NCBI GenBank assembly: GCA_041601615.1
Contig: JBFIHX010000007.1
Coordinates: 32,001-96,000 of the forward strand
From: Thermoplasmatota archaeon
GTDB lineage: Archaea; Thermoplasmatota; E2; JACPAO01; JAHFTW01
Direction of reading: 5' to 3'
Length of the DNA stretch: 64,000 bases
The stretch's first letter is position 1. Each line of letters starts with the position of its first letter. Below the pieces are notes generated by a model. The model was not told the origin of the DNA, did not search any database, and saw nothing but the letters and a program-made list of their open reading frames with translations. Below are positions 48,750 through 57,933 of the stretch, one piece after another. The position numbers were made by a program, and so were the translations under genes.

Positions 48750-49781
48750 ATGGAACTGTACAACTACCTCATCCCCTTCGAGGAGGTCCTGCCACAAGTC
48801 AAGGCAGACCACCCCGACCTGGACGCTGTGGGCGTACAATTTCCCGACGGCCTGCGCGACCACGGCACCGAAATTGCCCAAATCGTCGAAGACGCCCTCG
48901 GCGTACCCGTCGTCATCAGCGCCGACCCCTGCTACGGCGCCTGCGACCTAGCCGACGACGAAATGGCCAAACTCGGCATCAAAGTGCTCATCCACTTTGG
49001 CCACAGCGCCATGCCCAGCGTACCCGAACTCGGCGGCATCCACGTCTACTACATCCAAGCCTGGTCCACCCACACCATCACCCCCATCGTGACCAAGGCA
49101 GCCACCGAGCATCTAACCGGCAAACGCATCGGTGTTTGCACCACCGCCCAACACACCCACAAACTCGAAGAAGCCTCCGAGATCCTACGGGCGCACGGCT
49201 TCGAACCCGTCATCGGTTTCGGCGACAAGCGCACCGCCCTCCAAGGCCAATTGCTCGGATGCAACGTCATGGCCGCGACCAAACTCGTGGACGTAGACGA
49301 ATTTCTGTTCATCGGCAGCGGCGACTTCCACCCCCTCGCCCTCGCCCTGGAAACGAGCAAAACCATCATCGGCGCCTGCCCCTACACCAACACCATCAAC
49401 AGCTTCACCGAACCGAAGCACAAGATCCTCAAACAACGCTACGCCGCCATCGCCGTTGCCCAGGAAGCGCAGACCTTCGGCATCGTCATCAGCACCAAAG
49501 GCGGCCAAATGCGCTTTCAGATGGCCAAGCGCATCCTCGAAAAACTACGCAAACACGGCAAGCAGGGCTTCCTCATCCAAAACAAGCAAATCAGCCCCGG
49601 CGACTTGCTCTACTTCCGCCACCTTGACGCCTTCGTGGGTGTCGCCTGCCCCCGCGTCCCCATCGACGACCAAGGCCGCTACAACAAGCCCTTCCTCACC
49701 CCCCAAGAACTCGACATGGTTCTTGGTATCAAGCCCATGGACACGTACGTTTTCGATACGTATGGAGCGGCGAGTAAGTAA
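48750..49781 (+). CDS. dph2: Diphthamide biosynthesis enzyme Dph2
   Basis: VQFPDGL, DPCYGACD, HFGHS, GQLLGC, GDFHP, ACPR. Confidence 0.96.
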   Translation: MELYNYLIPFEEVLPQVKADHPDLDAVGVQFPDGLRDHGTEIAQIVEDALGVPVVISADPCYGACDLADDEMAKLGIKVLIHFGHSAMPSVPELGGIHVYYIQAWSTHTITPIVTKAATEHLTGKRIGVCTTAQHTHKLEEASEILRAHGFEPVIGFGDKRTALQGQLLGCNVMAATKLVDVDEFLFIGSGDFHPLALALETSKTIIGACPYTNTINSFTEPKHKILKQRYAAIAVAQEAQTFGIVISTKGGQMRFQMAKRILEKLRKHGKQGFLIQNKQISPGDLLYFRHLDAFVGVACPRVPIDDQGRYNKPFLTPQELDMVLGIKPMDTYVFDTYGAASK

Positions 49782-49931
49782 CTCAATTCGGCATTGCCAC
49801 CGCATGGGTTCGCACAGCGAATCCGTGCCCCCGGGGTTGCGAAGGGCTCGGTAGAACCAGACCCCACCATTGGCCTTGGTCCCACTTGCCCCTCCAGCAA
49901 ACGGCAAGTACCTTCCCGCACTTGCGCACGC

Positions 49932-50321
49932 ATGACCTCCTGGACCGCGACCCACCGCTTCGTATTCCTGGCCATGCACCTCGCCTACGCAGACGGCGTG
50001 CTCCAGGAAGCAGAACGGCGCTCCATGGCCGCCTCCGCGCACCGCATCGGCATTGCCGCCGGCATCGCCCCCGAATCCATCGAAGGCATGGTCCGGGCCG
50101 CCGGTTCATGGTACATGGACTCCGTGGAAGCCAAGAGCGTACACCAAGACGTCCAAGATGCCGTTGCATCGCTCGGGATCTTCAAGGACTCCATCAAGCG
50201 CGCACTTCTTCGCGAACTGCGCGAACTGGCCAAAGCAGCCGACGGCGTCGACGAACGCGAACACGTACTCCTTGAAAGCCTGCGCGACGCCTGGAACGTC
50301 GACGTGGTCGTCAACGAATAG
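49932..50321 (+). CDS. TerB-like protein
   Basis: LAYADGVL..AE and AADGVDERE..L..L..AW. Confidence 0.6.
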   Translation: MTSWTATHRFVFLAMHLAYADGVLQEAERRSMAASAHRIGIAAGIAPESIEGMVRAAGSWYMDSVEAKSVHQDVQDAVASLGIFKDSIKRALLRELRELAKAADGVDEREHVLLESLRDAWNVDVVVNE

Positions 50322-50570
50322 CCAAGCAAGCCATCAAAACCTGCTAGAACCGGGGACGAAGTGGACGGTACCAAACCAACGAATGGGCGCATACAGGGTA
50401 TCGTGGGCCGATTTGGGCCCCACACCGGGCGCCCTCCAGGCTCTTGATTGTGGTTTTCATACTGCCCCAACAGAGTTGCTCCAAGAGTTGACCTCGACGA
50501 CACGCTTCACTATCAACTACAGAGAACGCGACGATTCTCTAGTGCCCCGGACGCCGTGCGGCACCAAGCA

Positions 50571-51224
50571 CTAGGGAAACCCATCCGCCAAGCTCGACGC
50601 GCTGCCCGCCTCCCGCAGGTGGCTCGTGTCGTTGATGCGCCGCACCGCCCAACCGTCCCCCTCGACTTCCAAGTGCGTAATGTTGGCATTGTCCTGCGGA
50701 AACCGACGCATTTCAATGAGCGGCAAACCCAGAAGCGTCGTCGCCAACACCCGATTGATTCGGCCATGCGCCACCACCGCCACATCGCAGCGCGCCGCCT
50801 CCGACCGAAGCCGATGCGCAAACGCCTGCACCCGCAACCGCGCCACATTCGCGCTTTCTCCTCCAGGAAACGGCGTATCCATGAACCCAAGGCCCCAAGC
50901 ATCCATCACCTGATCCACCTCACCCCGGACATCCGGCAAGGCGCGACCACACAGGGCACCGTAATCCAATTCATACATCTCCGGCACCACCTCCGGCGCC
51001 AGTGCCTCACGGTGCGCCCCAAGCAGCGTATCCGTCGTCTGGCGCGCCCGCCGCAGCGGACTTGTGTACACAGCACCAAGCGGCGTGCGCTCGAAGGCAG
51101 CCCCAAGCGCCAACGCCTGACGAGACCCCAACTCCGACAACTCCGAATCCACCCGAGGCCCCTGAATAATCTGCTCGGCGTTGCAGGTCGTCTGTCCGTG
51201 ACGAACCAAATAGAGATGTCCCAC
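50571..51224 (-). CDS. Histidine phosphatase (PGAM family)
   Basis: LVRHGQT, SPLRRARQT, ELDYG, PGGES, VAHG. Confidence 0.92.
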   Translation of the reverse strand: MGHLYLVRHGQTTCNAEQIIQGPRVDSELSELGSRQALALGAAFERTPLGAVYTSPLRRARQTTDTLLGAHREALAPEVVPEMYELDYGALCGRALPDVRGEVDQVMDAWGLGFMDTPFPGGESANVARLRVQAFAHRLRSEAARCDVAVVAHGRINRVLATTLLGLPLIEMRRFPQDNANITHLEVEGDGWAVRRINDTSHLREAGSASSLADGFP

Positions 51225-51339
51225 GAGAACCGAATGTGCACTTCGGGCCCTTTGACCCTTCCGTACCGGGCCTGCACCCACCGCGCCGCCCCACCCTTCA
51301 CGCGACCCGCTTATGTGGCCGCCCCGGCTGCCCGCATCC

Positions 51340-51954
51340 GTGCGCCGCTCGGAGCTGGAATCCCGCCTCGAATCCGTCCCCGATTTTGCCCAACCCCAAG
51401 CCCCCCTGGAGCAATACCGCACCCCCGCCCCCGTCGCCGCCCAATTGCTCTGGCTCGCCAAAGAAGACGGCTGCATCCAAGGCAAAAGCGTCGTCGACCT
51501 CGGCTGCGGCACCGGCATTTTCGCGATCGGCGCATCCATGCTCGGCGCTCGCGCAACAGGGGTGGACGTGGACCCCGAAGCCGTCACCGTCGCGCAGGAG
51601 ACCGCCCAGAGCCTCGGCCTGGACGCGCGGTGGCAAACCAGCGACCTCGAAGCCTGGACACCCGACCAACCCTTCGACACCGCCCTCATGAATCCCCCCT
51701 TCGGTGCCCAAACCCAAGGCGCCGACCGCATATTCTACACCCGCGCCCGCGACGCCGTAGCCGCCCAGAACGGCACCGCATGGTTTCTGGCCCAACCCAA
51801 GACCGAACGGTTTCTTGCCAGCTTTGCCAAAGAACTCCAAGCCACCCTCGAAAGAGTCGCGACATGGGACTACCCAATTGAGGCCCGATTTTGGTTCCAT
51901 GAAAAGACCGTCAAAACCATCCCAATCGGCGGCTACCGCATGGGATGGGACTGA
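51340..51954 (+). CDS. METTL5-family methyltransferase
   Basis: LEQYRTP, DLGCGTG, MNPPFG, F.FH; GTG start inferred from CTTAT about 28 nt upstream. Confidence 0.9.
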   Translation: MRRSELESRLESVPDFAQPQAPLEQYRTPAPVAAQLLWLAKEDGCIQGKSVVDLGCGTGIFAIGASMLGARATGVDVDPEAVTVAQETAQSLGLDARWQTSDLEAWTPDQPFDTALMNPPFGAQTQGADRIFYTRARDAVAAQNGTAWFLAQPKTERFLASFAKELQATLERVATWDYPIEARFWFHEKTVKTIPIGGYRMGWD

Positions 51955-52067
51955 CGAAGGCCCAAAGCCCAGAAGTTCGTCTAATGCCGGCGTTTGCTCC
52001 AAAAGACTAAGGAACGAGTGCCCACTGGCGCGGTCAAGGAGCCTTGGTCGGTTCTACAGGGGGAAAA

Positions 52068-52349
52068 ATGTCGAGCAATATGTCCAAACAAACAGCCGCA
52101 AATGTGGATGAAGAGAATGTTGAAAGGACAAAGGAGAAGGCGCCGGACGCGGAGGAGTTGAAGCCGGAGATAAGCGATTCAAATATTGGAGGCCTCGAGG
52201 AGGTCGTCGAGCGCCCCAACCTAGAGCAGAAAACCTGTGGAGTTCATGTTCCAACCGGAGAATACACCGACAAAGATGATAAAAACAAGGAACGTTCCAT
52301 GAAAGCGCGACGACTTGGAACAAAAGGAAGGGATGACAGCCAGGAATAA
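52068..52349 (+). CDS. Hypothetical acidic protein or gene fragment (AT-rich segment)
   Basis: Best ORF in the interval; no recognised motif. Confidence 0.3.
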   Translation: MSSNMSKQTAANVDEENVERTKEKAPDAEELKPEISDSNIGGLEEVVERPNLEQKTCGVHVPTGEYTDKDDKNKERSMKARRLGTKGRDDSQE

Positions 52350-52353
52350 CGCG

Positions 52354-53124
52354 ATGATCAGAGGACTCGTTGTAGCAACGGTTCTTGCTTGCTCTGGATG
52401 TTTGAGTATTGCAGTCCAGGAAAACACCGCCCTGCCTGACGAAACGCGCGGATTCATCTCGGACTTCATGTTCCTGTCGGATTGTTCAGGCATCCAGGCG
52501 GAGCAGGCATATCCGCCCGGAATATCTCCTGCCCCCACGCCATCTGGCTGGGATCCCGACCCGGAGTCAGACACTGTGATTCGATTTTTCGTTTGGAGAT
52601 GCGCACAAGTCGGGCTTCACGAATTGGAGCGGTCCGCAACGATTGCCATCGAAACCGGAACCAATGGATACGCCCCCAAGAATTGCACCCTTGGCAGTTC
52701 TGTCCGACCTTCATACCTGCTCAACTTCTTGACCGATGATATGGATTTGGCCCATATTTTGGATTTTGAATTTGGAATTAATGCAAAAATTGCATCATTC
52801 AATTATGAAATAAATGGGACTATTAAAAATATAGGTTGGGTTGTGGGGGAGATTGGCTCAGAGATTGAAGTCATCGGAGACCAACCTGGCCAAGTAAAAA
52901 CAGAGGAAGAAAAAAGAATTGTTTGGGAAACGGACTCTGGCATGTCCTATGTCGATTTGGACATATCCTATCAAAATCCGTATTTGTACTATCAATCGTC
53001 TAGAGGATTTTTAAATGAACCTCATTATATAGGCCCTCTAGGAATTTTTGCAGGAGTTGCCAGCTTTGACAGCAACGGGAAGATCATAGGTGAAATGCAC
53101 CGCTCCGAAGGAGTCTGCGATTGA
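52354..53124 (+). CDS. Hypothetical lipoprotein (AT-rich)
   Basis: CSGC lipobox; coupled to the next gene; atypical codon usage. Confidence 0.65.
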   Translation: MIRGLVVATVLACSGCLSIAVQENTALPDETRGFISDFMFLSDCSGIQAEQAYPPGISPAPTPSGWDPDPESDTVIRFFVWRCAQVGLHELERSATIAIETGTNGYAPKNCTLGSSVRPSYLLNFLTDDMDLAHILDFEFGINAKIASFNYEINGTIKNIGWVVGEIGSEIEVIGDQPGQVKTEEEKRIVWETDSGMSYVDLDISYQNPYLYYQSSRGFLNEPHYIGPLGIFAGVASFDSNGKIIGEMHRSEGVCD

Positions 53125-54563
53125 TGAATCATTCCTTATTTTCAATTGTAATATTTCTGATTTCTTCTCAAAGTTCTGCTGCATTGGCACTAAATTTTGA
53201 TCAACCTGCATCATTTGATGTTGACCATGGAAACACGCATTCTCAAGGTATCATATTTGCATTTAGAGAGAATAGTGATTGGGAATTTGCAGCAATGAGT
53301 GATTCTGTGGGAGTTTATAATCAACATAGGCACGTAAAAATTGATCATCCCACTTCAAACTACATTATCATCAAGGAAGAAATTCGCGAAGAGCCCACCC
53401 AGGCAGACTGGGAATCCATCAAATTGCACCCCACTGGAAAAATATCAACCTTTGTGGTCTATGCAGAAGCAATCTCCACTACACTCCCTTCTTCTCGCGC
53501 CACGCTCGGACAAGCAGACTCCTTTGCACCGCAACACTGGGAGCTTCCCTGGTGGTCTGACTCCATGCGAGGCACCGTGGACATCGAGGGCCGAATCATC
53601 CTGGAGCCAACGGCATCTCCTTCCACCATCACATTCAGAGGGCTGCAATCCTTCGAGTGGTCCCATGCGCGCTCAACCTGCAGAGGCGGCGCTGAGTGTC
53701 CGCAGGCAACAGAGAGCAGGCAGTTCATTGATTTTCCAGAGCAATTTCTGAGCGGTGGCACAGCCACTCTCACCGGCACCCCCGATTTCATCGCATTCCT
53801 GGACCCCACGGAGTTGTCGTTTCATGGAACGGCGCGGTTGCCTCGTGCCGTGGGCGAGCTTGAGTGCGAAAATTGCACCTTAGACGGCGACACGCTGGTG
53901 ATGCATGGAGACTTGAATTTCACGAATTTTCAGACCACCCGGGAAGGCGGATTTACTGCGAATCTTGGCGGGACGTACTCGGTGCGCATTAACGAGACCC
54001 CAACCGGGTTCGTCTCCAGTCAAACGGCCGTGGCCGTCGTTGCCGCAGTGGCGCTGGGGCTTGCGTTGCTTTGGAAGATTCTTGCTGCACTCGTCTCGCA
54101 GCAAATTCTCTCCAAGCCCCTGGAGCTTCGAACGAGGCGGTTGTTGTTGGATGTAATCAAGGAGAATCCCGGTGCCACGGCGCGGGAATTGCGGCGCGTG
54201 ACAGAGTTCGGCTCGAACCAGTTGTTGCACCATGTGACGATTCTGCGTCAGGCGCGTGAGATTCGGTCGTGGCGCGTGGGCCGCAATGTGCATTATAGCC
54301 TGCATTCGATTGATCCGGCCGCGGCGATGCGGACGCGAGCACTTGACGACCAGGATGTTCGTCAATTGCATGCGTTCATCTTGGAAGCCGGTGAGGCGCC
54401 CCAGAAGACCCTGGCCGAGTGGGCCGAGAGGTCCTTTGGGTGGGCTCGTTCGACGCTGCAATCGCGGCTGCAGCAGTTGGCCGATGTGGGTTTGCTTACC
54501 TCGCGAACCGATGGCCGCTGGCGCGTTTATGCGGCGTTGCCGGTTCCGCAGGATGACGCCTAG
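53121..54563 (+). CDS. Membrane-anchored double winged-helix regulator (secreted domain, TM, COG3398-like HTH)
   Basis: Signal peptide, ~270 aa ectodomain, TM, 'RRLLLDVIKENPG..LLHHVTIL', second HTH 'RSTLQSRLQQLADVGL'. Confidence 0.82.
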   Translation: MMNHSLFSIVIFLISSQSSAALALNFDQPASFDVDHGNTHSQGIIFAFRENSDWEFAAMSDSVGVYNQHRHVKIDHPTSNYIIIKEEIREEPTQADWESIKLHPTGKISTFVVYAEAISTTLPSSRATLGQADSFAPQHWELPWWSDSMRGTVDIEGRIILEPTASPSTITFRGLQSFEWSHARSTCRGGAECPQATESRQFIDFPEQFLSGGTATLTGTPDFIAFLDPTELSFHGTARLPRAVGELECENCTLDGDTLVMHGDLNFTNFQTTREGGFTANLGGTYSVRINETPTGFVSSQTAVAVVAAVALGLALLWKILAALVSQQILSKPLELRTRRLLLDVIKENPGATARELRRVTEFGSNQLLHHVTILRQAREIRSWRVGRNVHYSLHSIDPAAAMRTRALDDQDVRQLHAFILEAGEAPQKTLAEWAERSFGWARSTLQSRLQQLADVGLLTSRTDGRWRVYAALPVPQDDA

Positions 54564-55474
54564 GCTGCGACACCTTGGCGGTGTCGGCGCGGAGTGCGGC
54601 GGCGCTCGGCGCGTTGTTGCTTCGTGGGCACGCGCAGGTCGGTGACAAGGCGCAGGGGCTTGAGGAAGAACAGGACGTAGCGACCGAGGTCCACTTGGTA
54701 CCAGCGCAGGCCGATGTAGGCACTGTCGGGGAAGGCGTGGTGGTTGTTGTGCCAGCCTTCGCCGAAGCCGAAGATGCCGAAGAACGCGTTGTTGCGTGCT
54801 ACGTCGGGGCTGTTGTAGGGCCTGGTGCCGATGATGTGGCAGATGCTGTTGATGCTCCAGGTGATGTGGTGCACCAAAAAGACGCGCACGACGCCACCCC
54901 AGAGGAGGCTTTGCCAGAAGTGGCCCCAGGTTCCGAAGACGGCGAGGCCGACGAGGCCGGGGACGACGAGGCTGCTGATGATCCAGAAGAGTTGGGTTTT
55001 CTCGAAGAAGCGGACGACGGGGTCGCGCATGAGGCGGTCGTGGCCGGGGCCGCTGTGGACGAGGTTGCCCTTGGCAAGCCAGCCGAAGTGGCTGTGCCAG
55101 AGGCCGTCGAGGGGGCTGTGGGGGTCACCGGGTTTGTCGCTGAGTGCGTGGTGGCGGCGGTGGGTGGCGGCCCAGGAGGCGGGTCCGCCTTCGACGCTCA
55201 TGGCGGCCATGCTGTACAAGAGGGCGCGGACGGGAGCGCGGGCCTTGAAGGCACCGTGGGCGGTCATGCGGTGGTAGCCGAGGCTGATGCCGACGCCGGC
55301 GACGGCTTGGAGGAAGATGAGCATCCCAAGATCGAGCCAGGTGACGTGGCTGCCCCACAGGAGGGCGATGGCGAGGATGGTGAGGGCAAAGGGAATCGCG
55401 GCTGCAAGGACGACCGCGATGCGGTTGCCCATTTTCTTGCCGATGAAGGGGTAGGTGTTGTCGACGCTGGACAT
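54560..55474 (-). CDS. Membrane fatty acid desaturase (delta-9 acyl-CoA/OLE1-like)
   Basis: GYHRMTAH, WAATHRRHH..SD..GDPHSP, NSICH, GEGWHNNHH. Confidence 0.93.
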   Translation of the reverse strand: MSSVDNTYPFIGKKMGNRIAVVLAAAIPFALTILAIALLWGSHVTWLDLGMLIFLQAVAGVGISLGYHRMTAHGAFKARAPVRALLYSMAAMSVEGGPASWAATHRRHHALSDKPGDPHSPLDGLWHSHFGWLAKGNLVHSGPGHDRLMRDPVVRFFEKTQLFWIISSLVVPGLVGLAVFGTWGHFWQSLLWGGVVRVFLVHHITWSINSICHIIGTRPYNSPDVARNNAFFGIFGFGEGWHNNHHAFPDSAYIGLRWYQVDLGRYVLFFLKPLRLVTDLRVPTKQQRAERRRTPRRHRQGVAA

Positions 55475-55587
55475 GGATGGCTCCGGGCAGCACGCATCCC
55501 GTGCGCTGCCAGTGGTAGCATTGAAACAGGGGACCCTATTAACCGACAAGTGGGCCCCCTGGGCCCTGGTTGTGTGGAGGAAACCCA

Positions 55588-56082
55588 GTGTCCGATCCAA
55601 AAGCCATGGAAAACGAGGATCTGATGGGGAGGCTTGAAGGCTTCCTCGACAAGCAGGCAGATGACCACAGGCGCGCCATGGAGGAGGTGGTGGTGTGGTT
55701 GCAGCGGGCGGGCAGCTTGGAGCGGGAGATTCATCGCTCCGTGGCGAGCTTGGGCACGATTTTCCAGAAGTGGAGCTTTGAGATCTTGTTCCTGCTTCGC
55801 ATCCGGGGCACGCTTCGCTTCAATCAGTTGCGCGAGGAGTTGACGAGCGTGCAGCAGAAGGGTGTCTTGGGCCGTGTGCGGGACATGGCTGGTGTCGGCA
55901 GTCGTACTTTGAGCGAGCGCTTGAAGGACCTCGAATCAAGGGGCTTGGTGCACCGTGAGGTGATCGCGGAGGTGCCTGTGCGCGTGGAGTATTCCTTGAC
56001 GACGAAGGGCCGCCGCTTTGGCGACTTGATGATGCCGGTGATTGCGTTTTTGCGCCTGAACCAACTGGAAGACCGCGATTAA
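55588..56082 (+). CDS. HxlR-family transcriptional regulator
   Basis: KWS..IL, RFNQL, RTLSERLKDLE..GLV.R...VPVRVEYSLT; GGAGG upstream of GTG. Confidence 0.9.
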   Translation: MSDPKAMENEDLMGRLEGFLDKQADDHRRAMEEVVVWLQRAGSLEREIHRSVASLGTIFQKWSFEILFLLRIRGTLRFNQLREELTSVQQKGVLGRVRDMAGVGSRTLSERLKDLESRGLVHREVIAEVPVRVEYSLTTKGRRFGDLMMPVIAFLRLNQLEDRD

Positions 56083-56231
56083 CCTAGCCCAGATCGACCA
56101 TGCTGATGGCCCCGGCGGCAGCGCGGCGTGGATCCATCGGGTGTTGCATTCCGGCTGCATCGCGTCGAGTTTACGGCTGTATCGAGGGTGCCTAAGTAGC
56201 GGGGGCGTGCGACGAGGATTCGGTGCATCCT

Positions 56232-57689
56232 ATGCATGGAGATTCCCGTTTGTTCGTTCGACGCCTGCTCGTAGCTGCTTTGGTGACGCTGCTGATTGCG
56301 CCCGTGGCCCATGGGCAAATCGGTGGGTCGGCATCGGGTTCTGGTTCCGTTACGGGAACGGGTACAGGTGCCGGTGCGGGAGCGGGTGTGGATTCGTCCG
56401 TGGGCGGCTCCGTGTCGGGCGCTGGTTCCGGCACTTCGTCTGCGTCGGTGGATGCGGCGGGCACCGTGTTGGGTTCCGTTGCGACCACGTCCCAGGGTCC
56501 ACTGGATTTTTCTGCCGAAGTAGCGGCAACTGTGGATCGGGAGTCTGCGTCACGGGCGAAGGCGGATGCGTGGGCGGCCATGGATCCAGCGGAGCGTCAG
56601 GTGGCACGCGCTCGAGCGGTTGCGTCCGGCATTTCGGGCCAATTTGAGGTCGTGGGGGATGTGCGCCAGGGTGACTTTTCGTTTGTTCGTGTGGATGCGG
56701 CAGGAGCGGCCCTAGAAGGTCCGACGGTGCTGCGGGCGAGTGGCGACGTGCGTTTCTTGGACCGCGTGGGCCTCGTGGCCGGCGGCGATGCGCGGGTGTA
56801 TGAGACGGGCCGGAGCGTTGTTTTGTGGGCCGACGGCGCGCGCGTCGAGGCGGAGGACACGGTGAAGGGTTCGATTGTGGTGCAGGCAGCCCAGCAGCCC
56901 GTGGATGTGGAGATCGAATTGGCGGCGGGCACCGAGGCCGCGTGGGCGGCGGGCGGGTGGTTGCGGTTGCAGCGCGGCGACCATGCGGGAGCGCTTTCCA
57001 TCTCAGGAGCCGGGTTGTTCAACACGAGTGTTTCTGGCCAAATCTCGGTGCACTTGGAACCATGGGCCCGGTTGGGATTCGAGGCGCAGCGGCCGGACTC
57101 GGGGGGCCAGGAATTCGAGTCCGAACAGGATGCGCGCCAGGCATCCATGGTGGGTGGCGAGGCAAGGATTGTCGCGGCGCAAGGCGCCATGGACGCCCAG
57201 TTATTGTCCCTCAGCGTCAACTTGTCCTCGGTTCGCGAACAAGGCAGTGAGGTGGTTTTGGAAGTCGAAAGCAGCGATCCAAGACCCCGCGTCGTCGAGG
57301 TGACACTGGACGCGGCGCTGTTTGCCAATGCTACGGATGTGCGCATGTCGTTCGATGGAGTGCCAGCAGTGCGCGCGTCGTCGGTGGCCGAAGTGTACGC
57401 AGGTGATCACGCGAAGACCACCTACGCCCTCACGTCCTCGAATGGCAACCATCGTGTCGTGGTTTGGGTAGAGGGATTCAGTACGCACGCGCTTGGGTTC
57501 CAAGCTGAAAACGGCACAGCGGCGGGCCAAGACCAAGAGGACGCTTCGAGTTCGCCGGGTGGCCGGGATGGTGCGGCCGTGGGCGGCGCCGGAAACGATC
57601 CAGAGGGAGTGGATTCACCGGTGCTCCCCCTGCCGATTTTGTTGTTGGGCATCGTGGTGGCAGCAGCCATACTTTCCCGGCGCACATAG
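56232..57689 (+). CDS. Cell-surface protein with G/S-rich linker and C-terminal TM anchor
   Basis: Signal peptide; FSTH motif; SPVLP-hydrophobic-RR tail. Confidence 0.7.
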   Translation: MHGDSRLFVRRLLVAALVTLLIAPVAHGQIGGSASGSGSVTGTGTGAGAGAGVDSSVGGSVSGAGSGTSSASVDAAGTVLGSVATTSQGPLDFSAEVAATVDRESASRAKADAWAAMDPAERQVARARAVASGISGQFEVVGDVRQGDFSFVRVDAAGAALEGPTVLRASGDVRFLDRVGLVAGGDARVYETGRSVVLWADGARVEAEDTVKGSIVVQAAQQPVDVEIELAAGTEAAWAAGGWLRLQRGDHAGALSISGAGLFNTSVSGQISVHLEPWARLGFEAQRPDSGGQEFESEQDARQASMVGGEARIVAAQGAMDAQLLSLSVNLSSVREQGSEVVLEVESSDPRPRVVEVTLDAALFANATDVRMSFDGVPAVRASSVAEVYAGDHAKTTYALTSSNGNHRVVVWVEGFSTHALGFQAENGTAAGQDQEDASSSPGGRDGAAVGGAGNDPEGVDSPVLPLPILLLGIVVAAAILSRRT

Positions 57690-57751
57690 TAAGCCGTAGG
57701 AGGAGACGCCGGGAGCGAGGACCGAACAAGTCCTGCTCCCGGCTTTTCACT

Positions 57752-57850
57752 CGAAACTACAACGGATGTTCGAGAATGAACGCTTCCGCCTTCAGCCGAG
57801 CAGCGGCATCCCATCCTTCTGCAAACATCGGACGCTGGAGCATTGCGGTG
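57752..57850 (-). pseudogene. Orphan diverged copy of the last 30 codons of the BNR lipoprotein
   Basis: TAMLQRPMFAEGWDAAARLKAEAFILEHPL* versus TATLQRPMFAKGWDPAARINAEAFILAHPL* (57929..58027). Confidence 0.88.
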
Positions 57851-57933
57851 CACCACCACAGGGGCTCCGCCCCTTGTGTATACCTCGGGCGCGGCATTCT
57901 CTCCCTTCGGTCGAGAAGCCAAGCAGGGCGAAA

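Noticed and set aside
50322-50574. Protein-like open stretch (LLEPGTKWTVP...) between the TerB-like and PGAM genes
   Set aside because: No independent start or recognisable homology; at most an unidentifiable relic.
52040-53450. Prophage or IS explaining the AT-rich segment
   Set aside because: No integrase, transposase, terminal repeats or virion genes visible.
16155-54563. Frequent CTAG/CCTAGG at gene ends as a recognition site
   Set aside because: Expected from C-ending codons followed by TAG stops; no enrichment test was possible.
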